Assembly (NCBI GenBank): GCA_964548125.1
Contig: CAZJQN010000002.1
Span: 1 to 60,406 of the forward strand
DNA length: 60,406 bases
Reading direction: 5' to 3'
DNA from: an uncultured Bacteroidales bacterium
Lineage (GTDB): Bacteria; Bacteroidota; Bacteroidia; Bacteroidales; JAAYUG01
The translations under genes were made by a program, and so were the position numbers. This document shows positions 19,418 to 28,800 of the stretch, in pieces (position 1 is the stretch's first letter; each line of letters opens with the position of its first letter). The notes under the pieces were generated by a model that saw only the letters and a program-made list of their open reading frames with translations, had not been told where the DNA came from and did not search any database.

Positions 19418-20053
19418 TTAGGGGGCAAGTCTCTCCCTGATCCATTTATGATGAGACAGTTGGTATTCAATCCGGTCGTGCAGTCGGTTTTCTCTGCCCT
19501 GCCAGAATTCAAAACGGTACGGAACTACCCGGTATCCTCCCCAGTAAGGAGGTCGGGGTACTTTTCTTTCATTAAATTTCTCAGAGAATTCGTGGAATCT
19601 CTCTTCAAGTATTTTTCGGTCAGGAATTCTTGTGCTTTGTTGCGATGCCCAGACGGCAATCTGGCTTTCTGCAGGTCGGCTGGCAAAATACGTATCCGAT
19701 TCAATAACCGTAGTTTTCTCAGCAATTCCTTCTATCCGTACCTGACGTTCCAGAGTAGGCCAGAAAAACAAAAGCGATACATGCGGATTCTGTTCAATAT
19801 CATTTCCTTTATGGCTCAGGTAGTTGGTAAAAAATACCAGGCCTTTTTCATTACTTTCCTTCAAAAGGACGATACGTGAGGATGGAATATTGTCTTTTCC
19901 GGCAGTCGAAAGTACCATGGCTGTTGGATCGTGTTTTTCCTCCTTTAGCGCTTCCTGCAGCCATTGGGTAAACAAAGGAAAAGGTAATTCGGGCAGGTGC
20001 TTTTCAATCAGTGCAGCACGTCTATATTCGCGACGGTAATATTTCAGATCCAT
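19418..20053 (-). CDS. pdxH: Pyridoxamine 5'-phosphate oxidase
   Basis: YRR...PFxLFxxWL N-terminus, RIVLLK, RQVRIEG and the C-terminal FEFWQGRENRLHDR. Length is 211 aa. Confidence 0.93.
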   Translation of the reverse strand: MDLKYYRREYRRAALIEKHLPELPFPLFTQWLQEALKEEKHDPTAMVLSTAGKDNIPSSRIVLLKESNEKGLVFFTNYLSHKGNDIEQNPHVSLLFFWPTLERQVRIEGIAEKTTVIESDTYFASRPAESQIAVWASQQSTRIPDRKILEERFHEFSEKFNERKVPRPPYWGGYRVVPYRFEFWQGRENRLHDRIEYQLSHHKWIRERLAP

Positions 20054-20118
20054 ACTGTATGAATTGACATCAAATAAACAAAAAGAAGGATCTGAAGTTC
20101 AGGCGGGAAATTTGAATT

Positions 20119-20976
20119 TCAGGACTTCATTTTGAGGCTCATATCAAGCGATCGGATTTGATGGGTAAGAGCCCCAATAGAAATGTAGTCTACACCGCAA
20201 GCAGCGTAATCACGAACATTTTCCAATGTTATACCGCCGGAAGATTCTGTTTCGATGCGTCCGGCAACAAATTTCACTGCTTCACTTGTCTGGGTGGGAG
20301 AGAAATTGTCCAGCAAGATACGGTTGACTTTTCCGGTACGGAGTATTTTCTCCACATCTGACAATGTCCGGGCTTCAACTTCAATCATAAGGTTTTTTCC
20401 AGTGGACTTCAGGTACCGAACGGCTCTTTCTATGGCTTCTTCTACACCACCACAGAAATCAATATGGTTATCCTTGATAAGAATCATATCATAGAGTCCC
20501 ATTCTATGATTTATTCCGCCTCCGATACGAACAGCTTCCTTCTCAAGAAAACGCATGCCAGGTGTAGTTTTGCGCGTATCAGTAATGCGGGCTTTAAAAC
20601 CTTTGATTTTTTCAGTGTATTTATGAGTCTCTGTTGCTATGCCGCTCATTCGTTGAAGAATGTTAAGTACAAGGCGTTCGGCCTGCAGCATGGATCGTTG
20701 CGATCCGCTGACCTCCAGCGCAATGTCTCCAGGGTGAATATCTGCACCATCGGTTATAAATTGTTTCACCTGAAGAGTAGGATCAATAGCATGAAAAACC
20801 ATAGGGGCAATTCGACCACCTGCAAAAATTCCTTCCTGTTTGATCAACAAGACCATCCTGCCTGCAGCAGAGGCATCAATACATGCCAGCGAAGTATGGT
20901 CACCATCGCCTACATCTTCAGCCAGAGCTGTCTCAATCAGACGCCTCAGCAGAACGCTTTCATCGGGCAGTGTCAT
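20119..20976 (-). CDS. nadC: Nicotinate-nucleotide diphosphorylase (carboxylating)
   Basis: ALAEDVGDGDHTS, TRKTTPG(M)R, HRMGLYDMILIKDNH and LDNF...ESSGGI. Length is 285 aa. Confidence 0.93.
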   Translation of the reverse strand: MTLPDESVLLRRLIETALAEDVGDGDHTSLACIDASAAGRMVLLIKQEGIFAGGRIAPMVFHAIDPTLQVKQFITDGADIHPGDIALEVSGSQRSMLQAERLVLNILQRMSGIATETHKYTEKIKGFKARITDTRKTTPGMRFLEKEAVRIGGGINHRMGLYDMILIKDNHIDFCGGVEEAIERAVRYLKSTGKNLMIEVEARTLSDVEKILRTGKVNRILLDNFSPTQTSEAVKFVAGRIETESSGGITLENVRDYAACGVDYISIGALTHQIRSLDMSLKMKS

Positions 20977-21373
20977 CTTTCTCGATACGTAACTGATTGA
21001 TAGTCACTTCTTCTCCTTTGGTCTTCAACAGGATTACCACCCGGAAAGAACCTTGTTTTGTTGTAAGTCTTCCGATGGCATAACAGAGACCTTCCCTCGA
21101 TTCTTCATGACGGACAACGAAACCTACAGGGGGGTACTTTGAAAAGAAATCCTTAATAATGATTTCAGCCTGTGTTTTACTATACACATTTTCGTTCTCC
21201 AGAACTACCAGTTCAACACTATTATTGAATCTTCTGCCCAGTTCCCGGTAGTTGCCCGTTTTGAAAGCGGTAACAATTTCGGGTGGCACCTTATCAGGAA
21301 CAGGCTCCGCTCCGGCTATAAATGATAGTGCCACCGAAACAAACCAAAAACTTAAACGGTAAAACAATAGCAT
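20960..21373 (-). CDS. DUF4783 domain-containing protein
   Basis: Signal peptide, then AFKTGNYRELGRRFNNSVELVVLENENVYSKTQAEIIIKDFF...YAIGRLTTKQGSFRVVILLK, which matches the DUF4783 pattern from memory. The 3' end overlaps the nadC start by 17 nt. Confidence 0.7.
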   Translation of the reverse strand: MLLFYRLSFWFVSVALSFIAGAEPVPDKVPPEIVTAFKTGNYRELGRRFNNSVELVVLENENVYSKTQAEIIIKDFFSKYPPVGFVVRHEESREGLCYAIGRLTTKQGSFRVVILLKTKGEEVTINQLRIEKDDTAR

Positions 21374-21490
21374 GATGCTCGATTTCTTCGTTCAAAAATA
21401 ATACTTTAACATTACATGTAAACTATACAAAAATCGAACCAGATTTTGTTAATTTGGGAATAAAATTTGCGGGGTAAGAAAAAAGAATCT

Positions 21491-21967
21491 ATGAAGGTTG
21501 TGTTTCTGGTAACAGGTAAGGATGCTGAACGATGGATAACCGATGGAGTAGAAAAATATTCCAGAAGAATCGGAAAGTATCTTCCGTTTGAATATATTGT
21601 AGTTCCTGAAATACGTCAGAAGAAATCGATTAATGACATTGCAGTGGTAAAAGATAAAGAGGGATTGGCTCTGCTTGGGCAGGTACAGGAATCTGATTAT
21701 CTTGTTCTGCTCGATCAGCGTGGCAGGAAGCATACCTCCGAGTCGTTTGCCGGGTGGCTTCAGGGAATGATGAACCGGACATTAAAACGTTGTGTGTTTG
21801 TTGCAGGCGGTGCGTGGGGCTTTTCAGATAAGGTTTATCAACGTGCCGATCTCATGCTTTCTCTTTCTGAAATGACCTTCAATCATCAGGTTATCAGGAT
21901 TATGTTTCTGGAACAATTATACCGGGCTTTGACTATCCTGAGGGGAGAACCCTATCATCATGAATGA
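21491..21967 (+). CDS. rlmH: 23S rRNA (pseudouridine1915-N3)-methyltransferase
   Basis: MKVVFLVTGK...Y.KRI...LDQRGR..TSE.FA..L...FVAGGAWGFSD.V...A...LSLS.MTF.HQ..R..FLEQLYRA. Length is 158 aa from the ATG at 21491 (the track ORF started at an upstream TTG). Confidence 0.9.
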   Translation: MKVVFLVTGKDAERWITDGVEKYSRRIGKYLPFEYIVVPEIRQKKSINDIAVVKDKEGLALLGQVQESDYLVLLDQRGRKHTSESFAGWLQGMMNRTLKRCVFVAGGAWGFSDKVYQRADLMLSLSEMTFNHQVIRIMFLEQLYRALTILRGEPYHHE

Positions 21968-24900
21968 AAATTGGATATTTAGGATCAAAAGGCTTACCTT
22001 GAGAAAACTGTCTTTGCCATATTATCTGCTTCTTCTCATTCTTATACTGTTTGTTTCAAACGGACTTGATTATTTTGCCCAAAGCGGTAAAGCAAGGGAG
22101 TTGCAGATGCGCAGGATTCAGAGAATTTTTCTGCACAAAGAAAAGAACCTGAAAGAGAAAGTGAATCAGATTGCTGACATGTTCTCAGCAACTTCAGAAG
22201 CGAGCGTTATTCCTGAGGGGGGATTGAACCTTTTACGGAATATAAGACAAAAAGATGTGTCCATACTGGTCTACCGGGATGATAGCCTTTGCTCCTGGTC
22301 AGACAATTCTTCTGATTACCCTGTTGCCATAAAGGCTGATACTTTAAATCAACCCTTACTCAAACTGGGTAATGCATACTATGCTTCAGTGGTAGAGAAA
22401 GCAGATCCATACACTGTCATGGGTCTACTTATGATAAAACGTATTTACCCTTACGAAAACAAGTATTTACGGAATTCATTTAATGCCGATTTTCATTTAC
22501 CATCTTCGGTAATAGTTACGAAAGCCCCTTCAGATGTGCTTTATAACTTTCCAATTAAGAATGAGAACGGCATCATTGTTTTTTATCTTTGTTTCGATAC
22601 CTATCTGTTAAAAAATCATCCTATCTGGAAACTTATTCCCTGGCTTTATGCAATTTTTGGTCTTTTACTGATATCATTTGTCAGGAAGCTTCTCTATCAG
22701 GCAAGGTCAGTCAAAGAAAAATGGGTTATTTTTCTCACCTATTTTGCCGCTGGAATACTGTTACGAATGGTAATGATTCAATGGCATTGGCCGGCAGTAC
22801 TATATAAAACCAGTTTATTCAGTCCGGCTCATTTCGCAGCCGGTCATGCTTTACCTTCGATGGGTGATCTGCTTCTCAATGCAGTATTTACTTTCTCTCT
22901 TGCATATTTTGTTTTTCGCCATATTTCTCTTCGGTTCTTCTTTGGGAAGAAAAAAATGATTCTGTTTCTGCAATCATTTTTGTACCACATTGTTTTTATT
23001 GCTATTGCTGTATTTCTCCATCTACTATTTATCAGTCTTGTGATTGATAGTGATATTTCATTTGAAATCAGAAATATACCTGATTTGACTGTTTACACTT
23101 TCATAGGATTGATTTGTGTCGCTGTGCTTTTTGTTTCACTTGGCTTAATTTACAGGCGTTTTGCTGAGGCTGCCACAGATGCAGGAATTTCTCAGAAAAT
23201 ATTTATGTCCAGTTTGGTTCTTGCACTGGGAATTTTGCCGGCGATAAGGGTTACAGGTATTTTGCTTTTAGCAATATTTGTTTTCGTTGTTTCTTTGTTC
23301 TTTGTTCAATCAGTTTTTTATCAGAAACGAAACGTTGGTTTTTCATTCTATGTTGTTCTGATTTTTTTGTTTTCGTTATATACGGTGATTATTGCCGATC
23401 AGGCAGGGTGGCAAAAAGAATGGGAGAGAGGGAAGGTGATTGCAACGAGTCTGGCGGCAGAGCACGATCCTGTCGCCGAACTAATGCTTGGGGAGGTAGC
23501 TCCGGCTTTGGCTTCAGATACCTTGATCCCTTTCAAGCTTCAACCTTCGGTATTTCGGTATGAGGATCTGGATAATTACCTCCAGAGGAGATATTTTGGT
23601 GGATACTGGGCCCGATATGATATTCAATTTACCATTTGCGATGCCGATGATTCCCTGCTTGTACAACCTGAAAACCGTATGACACATTGTTACTCTTTCT
23701 TTTCCGAGATGCTGAACAATTACGGATATCCACTTTCTGATACAGGATTTTATTATTTAAACAATCAAAACGGTAGAATTAGCTATCTGGGTCGATTTCG
23801 TTATAAAGTTAAGCCCCGGAATACCGAAACAGACCTTTTTGTTCAAATTACGTCAAGGCAAATTATTGAAGCTCCTGGTTATCCTGAATTGCTGCTGGAT
23901 GAAAAAACATCATCGGCGTTAAAAGCAGATGGGTATGCCTATGCCAAATACTATAAGGGACAATTGGTTACCCAATCAGGAAGATATCCATACAGCCTGG
24001 TTGACACCATGTTCCGGAGCAGGGAGGAATTTTCCTTTAAAAGAGCGGACGACTTTCAGCATATAATCTTTCGACCGTCAGAAGATAATATGATTGTATT
24101 GAGTAAACCTGTTCCCACTTTTTTTGAAAAAGTTACAGCTTTTTCGTACGTGTTCATTTTTTATTTTTTGTCGGCAGCATTTTTCCTTTTATTTACCAGC
24201 ACAGGAATCGTTGAACTGGCTTTCAAAAGGACATTCCGTAACAGGATTCAGTATTCGATGATATTTCTTTTGCTTCTTTCCTTATTTCTTCTGGGGGGGG
24301 GAGCTGTTTATTTCAGCCTGCGACAATATAATACCCGTCATACCGAGGCGCTGACAGAGAAAATGCAATCGGTGTATTTTGAATTATACAGATATGTGCA
24401 TAAGGATAAGAGTCTTTCTGCGGATTGGACATCTCCATTTTTCAGCAATTTGGAGGAAATGCTTGCCGAAATTTCTAATATGTTCTATTGTGACATCAAT
24501 TTTTATGACCGGAAAGGTTTTTTGATTGCCACGTCGCGGCCGGAAATCTTTCATCGTCATCTGGCAGGTAATCTCATGCATCCGTTGGCATATCGCGAAA
24601 TGCAATTTTTGCATCGAGCCGAATTTATTCAAAAGGAGCAAACAGGTACGCTCAGCTATTTTTCAGCATATGTGCCTTTAAGAAACAGTTCGGGGGAATT
24701 TCTTGCTTATCTGAACCTGCCATATTTTACCCGACAAAATCAGCTTACCGCAGACATTTCCAATCTGATTGTTGCTCTTGTCAATATCTATCTTTTGCTG
24801 GTTCTGCTTTCTGTAAGCCTGGCGATTTTGCTCTCAAGACAAATAACAATGCCTTTGCGGATGATACAGGAGCGAATGGCGCAGGTAAAACTTGATAAAA

Positions 24901-25694
24901 AGTCGGAACCAATTGATTATCCTGGCATGGATGAGATTGCAGGCCTTGTAAATGAATATAACCGGATGGTAATTGCTCTGGAAAAAAGTGCCGAATTATT
25001 GGCCAGGTCGGAAAGAGAAATGGCGTGGCGTGAGATGGCCAGGCAGATTGCCCATGAAATACGCAATCCTCTCACACCTATGAAACTAAGCATTCAGCAT
25101 TTGCAAAGGGCATGGGAAGACAAATCTCCCCATTTTGACGATTTGCTGCGCAGAACTGCTTCCACTCTGGCTGAACAGATTGATATTCTGTCGTATATTG
25201 CTTCATCCTTTTCAAGTTTTGCCAGTATTCCGCAAGGGAAGGCTGAACCGTTCAATCTGGTTGATATTTTGCAGTCAACTGCCCTGTTATTTGACGGGAA
25301 TGAATCGACCAATCTGCGGCTTGAACTGAACGGACTGGACAAAGCCTTAGTGTTGGCTGATAAAGAACAAATCAGTCGTGTGCTGACCAATCTTGTTAAA
25401 AATGCTTTGCAGGCCATTCCCTCTGATAGGAAGGGCATTGTTGTACTTGAATTACGAAAAACCAATGATGAATTCCGTATCATGGTTGCCGATAACGGTA
25501 CCGGAATACCTGAGGAAATGAAGGGAAGGTTGTTTCAGCCTAATTTTACGACAAAAACCACCGGAATGGGTCTGGGGCTAGCTATTTCAAAAAGAATTAT
25601 TGAACATGCGGGAGGAAAAATATGGTTTGAAACACAAGCCGGGAAAGGAACACAATTTTACATTTCCCTTCCGGCCTTACAAAACGGACAATGA
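21960..25694 (+). CDS. Sensor histidine kinase with a very large (~770 aa) polytopic N-terminal region (HAMP, HisKA, HATPase_c)
   Basis: C-terminal HAMP-like SRQITMPLRMIQERMAQV, H-box MARQIAHEIRNPLTPM, N-box LVKNALQA, G1 DNGTGIP and G2 TTGMGLGLAISK. The N-terminal three-fifths contain two clusters of hydrophobic helices separated by soluble segments. The start ATG overlaps the rlmH stop (ATGAATGA). There is no receiver domain and no adjacent response regulator. Confidence 0.85.
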   Translation: MNENWIFRIKRLTLRKLSLPYYLLLLILILFVSNGLDYFAQSGKARELQMRRIQRIFLHKEKNLKEKVNQIADMFSATSEASVIPEGGLNLLRNIRQKDVSILVYRDDSLCSWSDNSSDYPVAIKADTLNQPLLKLGNAYYASVVEKADPYTVMGLLMIKRIYPYENKYLRNSFNADFHLPSSVIVTKAPSDVLYNFPIKNENGIIVFYLCFDTYLLKNHPIWKLIPWLYAIFGLLLISFVRKLLYQARSVKEKWVIFLTYFAAGILLRMVMIQWHWPAVLYKTSLFSPAHFAAGHALPSMGDLLLNAVFTFSLAYFVFRHISLRFFFGKKKMILFLQSFLYHIVFIAIAVFLHLLFISLVIDSDISFEIRNIPDLTVYTFIGLICVAVLFVSLGLIYRRFAEAATDAGISQKIFMSSLVLALGILPAIRVTGILLLAIFVFVVSLFFVQSVFYQKRNVGFSFYVVLIFLFSLYTVIIADQAGWQKEWERGKVIATSLAAEHDPVAELMLGEVAPALASDTLIPFKLQPSVFRYEDLDNYLQRRYFGGYWARYDIQFTICDADDSLLVQPENRMTHCYSFFSEMLNNYGYPLSDTGFYYLNNQNGRISYLGRFRYKVKPRNTETDLFVQITSRQIIEAPGYPELLLDEKTSSALKADGYAYAKYYKGQLVTQSGRYPYSLVDTMFRSREEFSFKRADDFQHIIFRPSEDNMIVLSKPVPTFFEKVTAFSYVFIFYFLSAAFFLLFTSTGIVELAFKRTFRNRIQYSMIFLLLLSLFLLGGGAVYFSLRQYNTRHTEALTEKMQSVYFELYRYVHKDKSLSADWTSPFFSNLEEMLAEISNMFYCDINFYDRKGFLIATSRPEIFHRHLAGNLMHPLAYREMQFLHRAEFIQKEQTGTLSYFSAYVPLRNSSGEFLAYLNLPYFTRQNQLTADISNLIVALVNIYLLLVLLSVSLAILLSRQITMPLRMIQERMAQVKLDKKSEPIDYPGMDEIAGLVNEYNRMVIALEKSAELLARSEREMAWREMARQIAHEIRNPLTPMKLSIQHLQRAWEDKSPHFDDLLRRTASTLAEQIDILSYIASSFSSFASIPQGKAEPFNLVDILQSTALLFDGNESTNLRLELNGLDKALVLADKEQISRVLTNLVKNALQAIPSDRKGIVVLELRKTNDEFRIMVADNGTGIPEEMKGRLFQPNFTTKTTGMGLGLAISKRIIEHAGGKIWFETQAGKGTQFYISLPALQNGQ
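24293..24301 (+). repeat. Poly-G tract (G9) inside the histidine kinase ORF
   Basis: ctGGGGGGGGGa encodes LGGG. It is the longest G/C homopolymer I found in the window. Confidence 0.9.
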
Positions 25695-25801
25695 ATGCAG
25701 ATTCTGAATAGAATTCATCAAAAACAATAAAAGTGTGTAACGTATTTTGTTATTAATTTTTAAATTCGCTGTAATACATTGTACTGTTGACCCGACCTAA
25801 G

Positions 25802-28800
25802 ATGGCAAGGCATAAGGTGCTTAATTGTTGTGGTTTGCTGGTTTTTGGCTCCCTGATATATTCTTTGAATGCTCAGGTTGTTTCCCTTTCCGGGATTGTG
25901 AACTCTTACTATAGGGTTGAAGCAGTATTTAATCAAAATTCGGCCAATATTGACTCTGTTAAATTGTACGATGTAACGGGATTGGGCAAAGGAGACACAG
26001 TGATGATTTATCAGATGAAGGGAGCTGAAGTTGATCCTGCAACGGGTAACTATCCGAGTTTCCAGGGTAGTTACGTAGGGAGGTATGAAATTTTGCTTGT
26101 GAATGAAGTGCAAGTAACCAACAGACTGGTCATCTTTACAACAAATCTTTCATTTTATGATCCTCCGGTTTATCCGTACCGGGTCAGTTACATGGCTGAA
26201 GATACGTTGCAACTGATAAAAGTTAAATCATACAGGAAAGCAAGCGTAGATGGAGTTTTGACTTGCAAGGCATGGGATGGGGAAACCGGAGGGATTTTAG
26301 CGCTTATTGTGTCGGATACCTTATGGTTGAATGCCGATATTGATGTTAGTGGTAAAGGATTCAGGGGAGCGGTCGGACAGTTGTACCCTTATGGTTGTTC
26401 CAGTGATGATGGATCTTTTCAGCAGAGAAATTATTCGGCAGTCTCTGATTCAGCCGGATGGAAAGGTGAAGGGATTGTACATTTCATGTCATCGTATGCA
26501 AAGGGATATGGATACCTTGGTTCCAATTCGGGTGGTGGCAATGGGCAAAATTCCGGCGGCGCCGGGGGCAGCAATGGCGGACAAGGTGGTGCCGGAGGAA
26601 AGGAATGGAATGATTGTTCGCCTGGCCTGCAGAGTGAATCAGGGAAAAATCTTGCATCCTATTATGATGTTTCCAATGTAACCCAGAAGCGGATCTTTTT
26701 TGGGGGGGGAGGAGGTGGCGGTACCCATTCTCTCGGATTAGTGTCATCTAAAGGTGGGAATGGTGGAGGTATTGTCCTCATTATGGCAGGAGCCTTGGTT
26801 GGAAACGGAAAAGTAATCAGGTCTAACGGAGAAACTCCTCTGGCTTGCACTGGCGGGGCCGGTGGTGGTGGTTCAGGTGGAGCCATTATTCTCGATGTAA
26901 CTTCCTATATAGGCAGTCTTACAGCTGAAGCCAAAGGAGGGAACGGGGGTAGTACAACACATGAGTCAAACACCGGTGCAGGTGGCGGAGGAGGTGGTGG
27001 ATTTATCTGGTATGCTGAGCCTCAGTCAGGGAATTTTACCCGGAATGTTTCCAGAGGATTAAAAGGAAGCAGCATAGCAGGTTCAACAGCCAGCGACGGA
27101 GCGAACGGATCTACGAGAAACAATCTGATAGTTCAGACTCGTGGTTGGTTGTTTAATGTAATGCCTCTCGATGATACCATTTGTGCCGGAACCAGACCGA
27201 AAGAGATTAGAGCTTCTTTCCCGAAAGGAGGAAACGGCCCAGGTAGTTATTTTTACAAATGGTTTCGGAGTTTTACCAAAGAGGGACCGTATACTGAAAT
27301 TGTCGGAGCGACAAATGTTTTCTATCAACCTCCGATTCTTGATTCAACAACCTATTTCAAGCGACTCATTCTCAGTATAGCTCCGGGAGATACCATCCGG
27401 GATACCAGCCTCTCCTATACTGTGAAAGTGTATCCTGCCATTACTCTGAATACCATTGCTGCATCTGATACCTTTTGCTATGGACAGGACCCCGGTGTGC
27501 TCTCAGGGCCCTGGCCAGGAGGGGGAAATGGAACCTATAGTTTCTACTGGGATAACAGCCTTAATCCTTCATTCGTATCAGCCACTTTAGGTATAGCTAC
27601 ATCGCAAAACTATAATCCTCCAGTACTATACCAAACCAATTATTTCAGGAGACGTATTATTTCAGGTGTTTGCCGCGATACTTCCAATACGGTCACTCTG
27701 ACGGTCCTGCCATTAATAAGCAACAATAAAATTACTACTCCTGATACCCTGGTTTGTTTCGGCAATTCACCGATGGTTTCAGCCAGTCTGCCAAACGGAG
27801 GAGATGGTTCTTATGTGTATAAATGGCAATATCGTTCTGATAGCCCTTCCAGTCAGTTTATGAATGCTCCAGGTTTGTCGGCTCAAAAAAACTATGTTGC
27901 GCAAAACCTTACCGATACTATTTTTTTGAGGCGGGTTGTCTGGTCAGGAGCTGATACGGTTTGCAAAAGCATAAGTGATACAGTAAGGGTTAGAGTTACC
28001 ATGCCAATTACAAATAATATTATTTCCGCTGACCAGACATTGTGTGAAGCTGAACCGGCAGAACAGCTTAAAGGAAGGTACCCACGGGGGGGTGATATTG
28101 GCAATTATACATATTACTGGGAAAAGAGTCTAAATCAGACGGTTTGGACTTCCGAGAAGGTTCAAAGCAATCCTGCAGATACTCTGTATGATCCTGGAAT
28201 AATGAATACAACAGCCTGGTACCGTCGGGTTATTTTTTCCGGGTTCAATAATACGTGCAAGGATACGAGCAACGTTGTAAAGCTTACCGTACAACCCAAA
28301 ATTCAGGGTAATGCCATCTGGATTCAGCACACTAATGACCTCGATACAACACAGTGTTATGGTTCTATGCTTGGTTTACTGAGGGGTTCCGGACCTCCAG
28401 CCCTTTCGGGAGGGGATGGTTCAACATACAATTACGCATGGAAGGTTTCTTATCCCACATGGGATTCTGTAGGTGCAACACGTGACTTTACCTATAGCCA
28501 GAAGCTTGTAAACAATGTAAAGTTCATGCGCCAGGTTCGTTCAGGCAAATGCATTTCTTTCAGTGATACAATTTCAGTTACGGTTCTGCCGTCTATTGCG
28601 GAAAATTTGCTGATTCCTTCAGACAGTATCTGTACTGGTACTTCTCCAGGGAACCTTTCTGCCACCTTGCCTTCCGGAGGGGATAATGTATTTCGTTACA
28701 AGTGGCAAAGAAATACAGGAAGCGGATGGAATGACATTGCCGGTATTGTAACCGGAGAATATGATCCTGGGTCGGTTTTCGTACAGACATCGTTCCGGCG

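Noticed and set aside
19414-19418. Convergent valS and pdxH stops only 3 nt apart (likewise 11155/11175 and 15005/15015) as a special regulatory arrangement
   Set aside because: Tight convergent packing without an intergenic terminator is common in compact bacterial genomes. I found no distinctive structure beyond weak hairpins inside the coding ends.
26522-27004. GGN-rich DNA as a tandem repeat or VNTR locus
   Set aside because: The nucleotide repeats are short and imperfect (mixed GGT/GGA/GGC/GGG codons). Only the T6G8 run is a true simple repeat, and it is reported separately.
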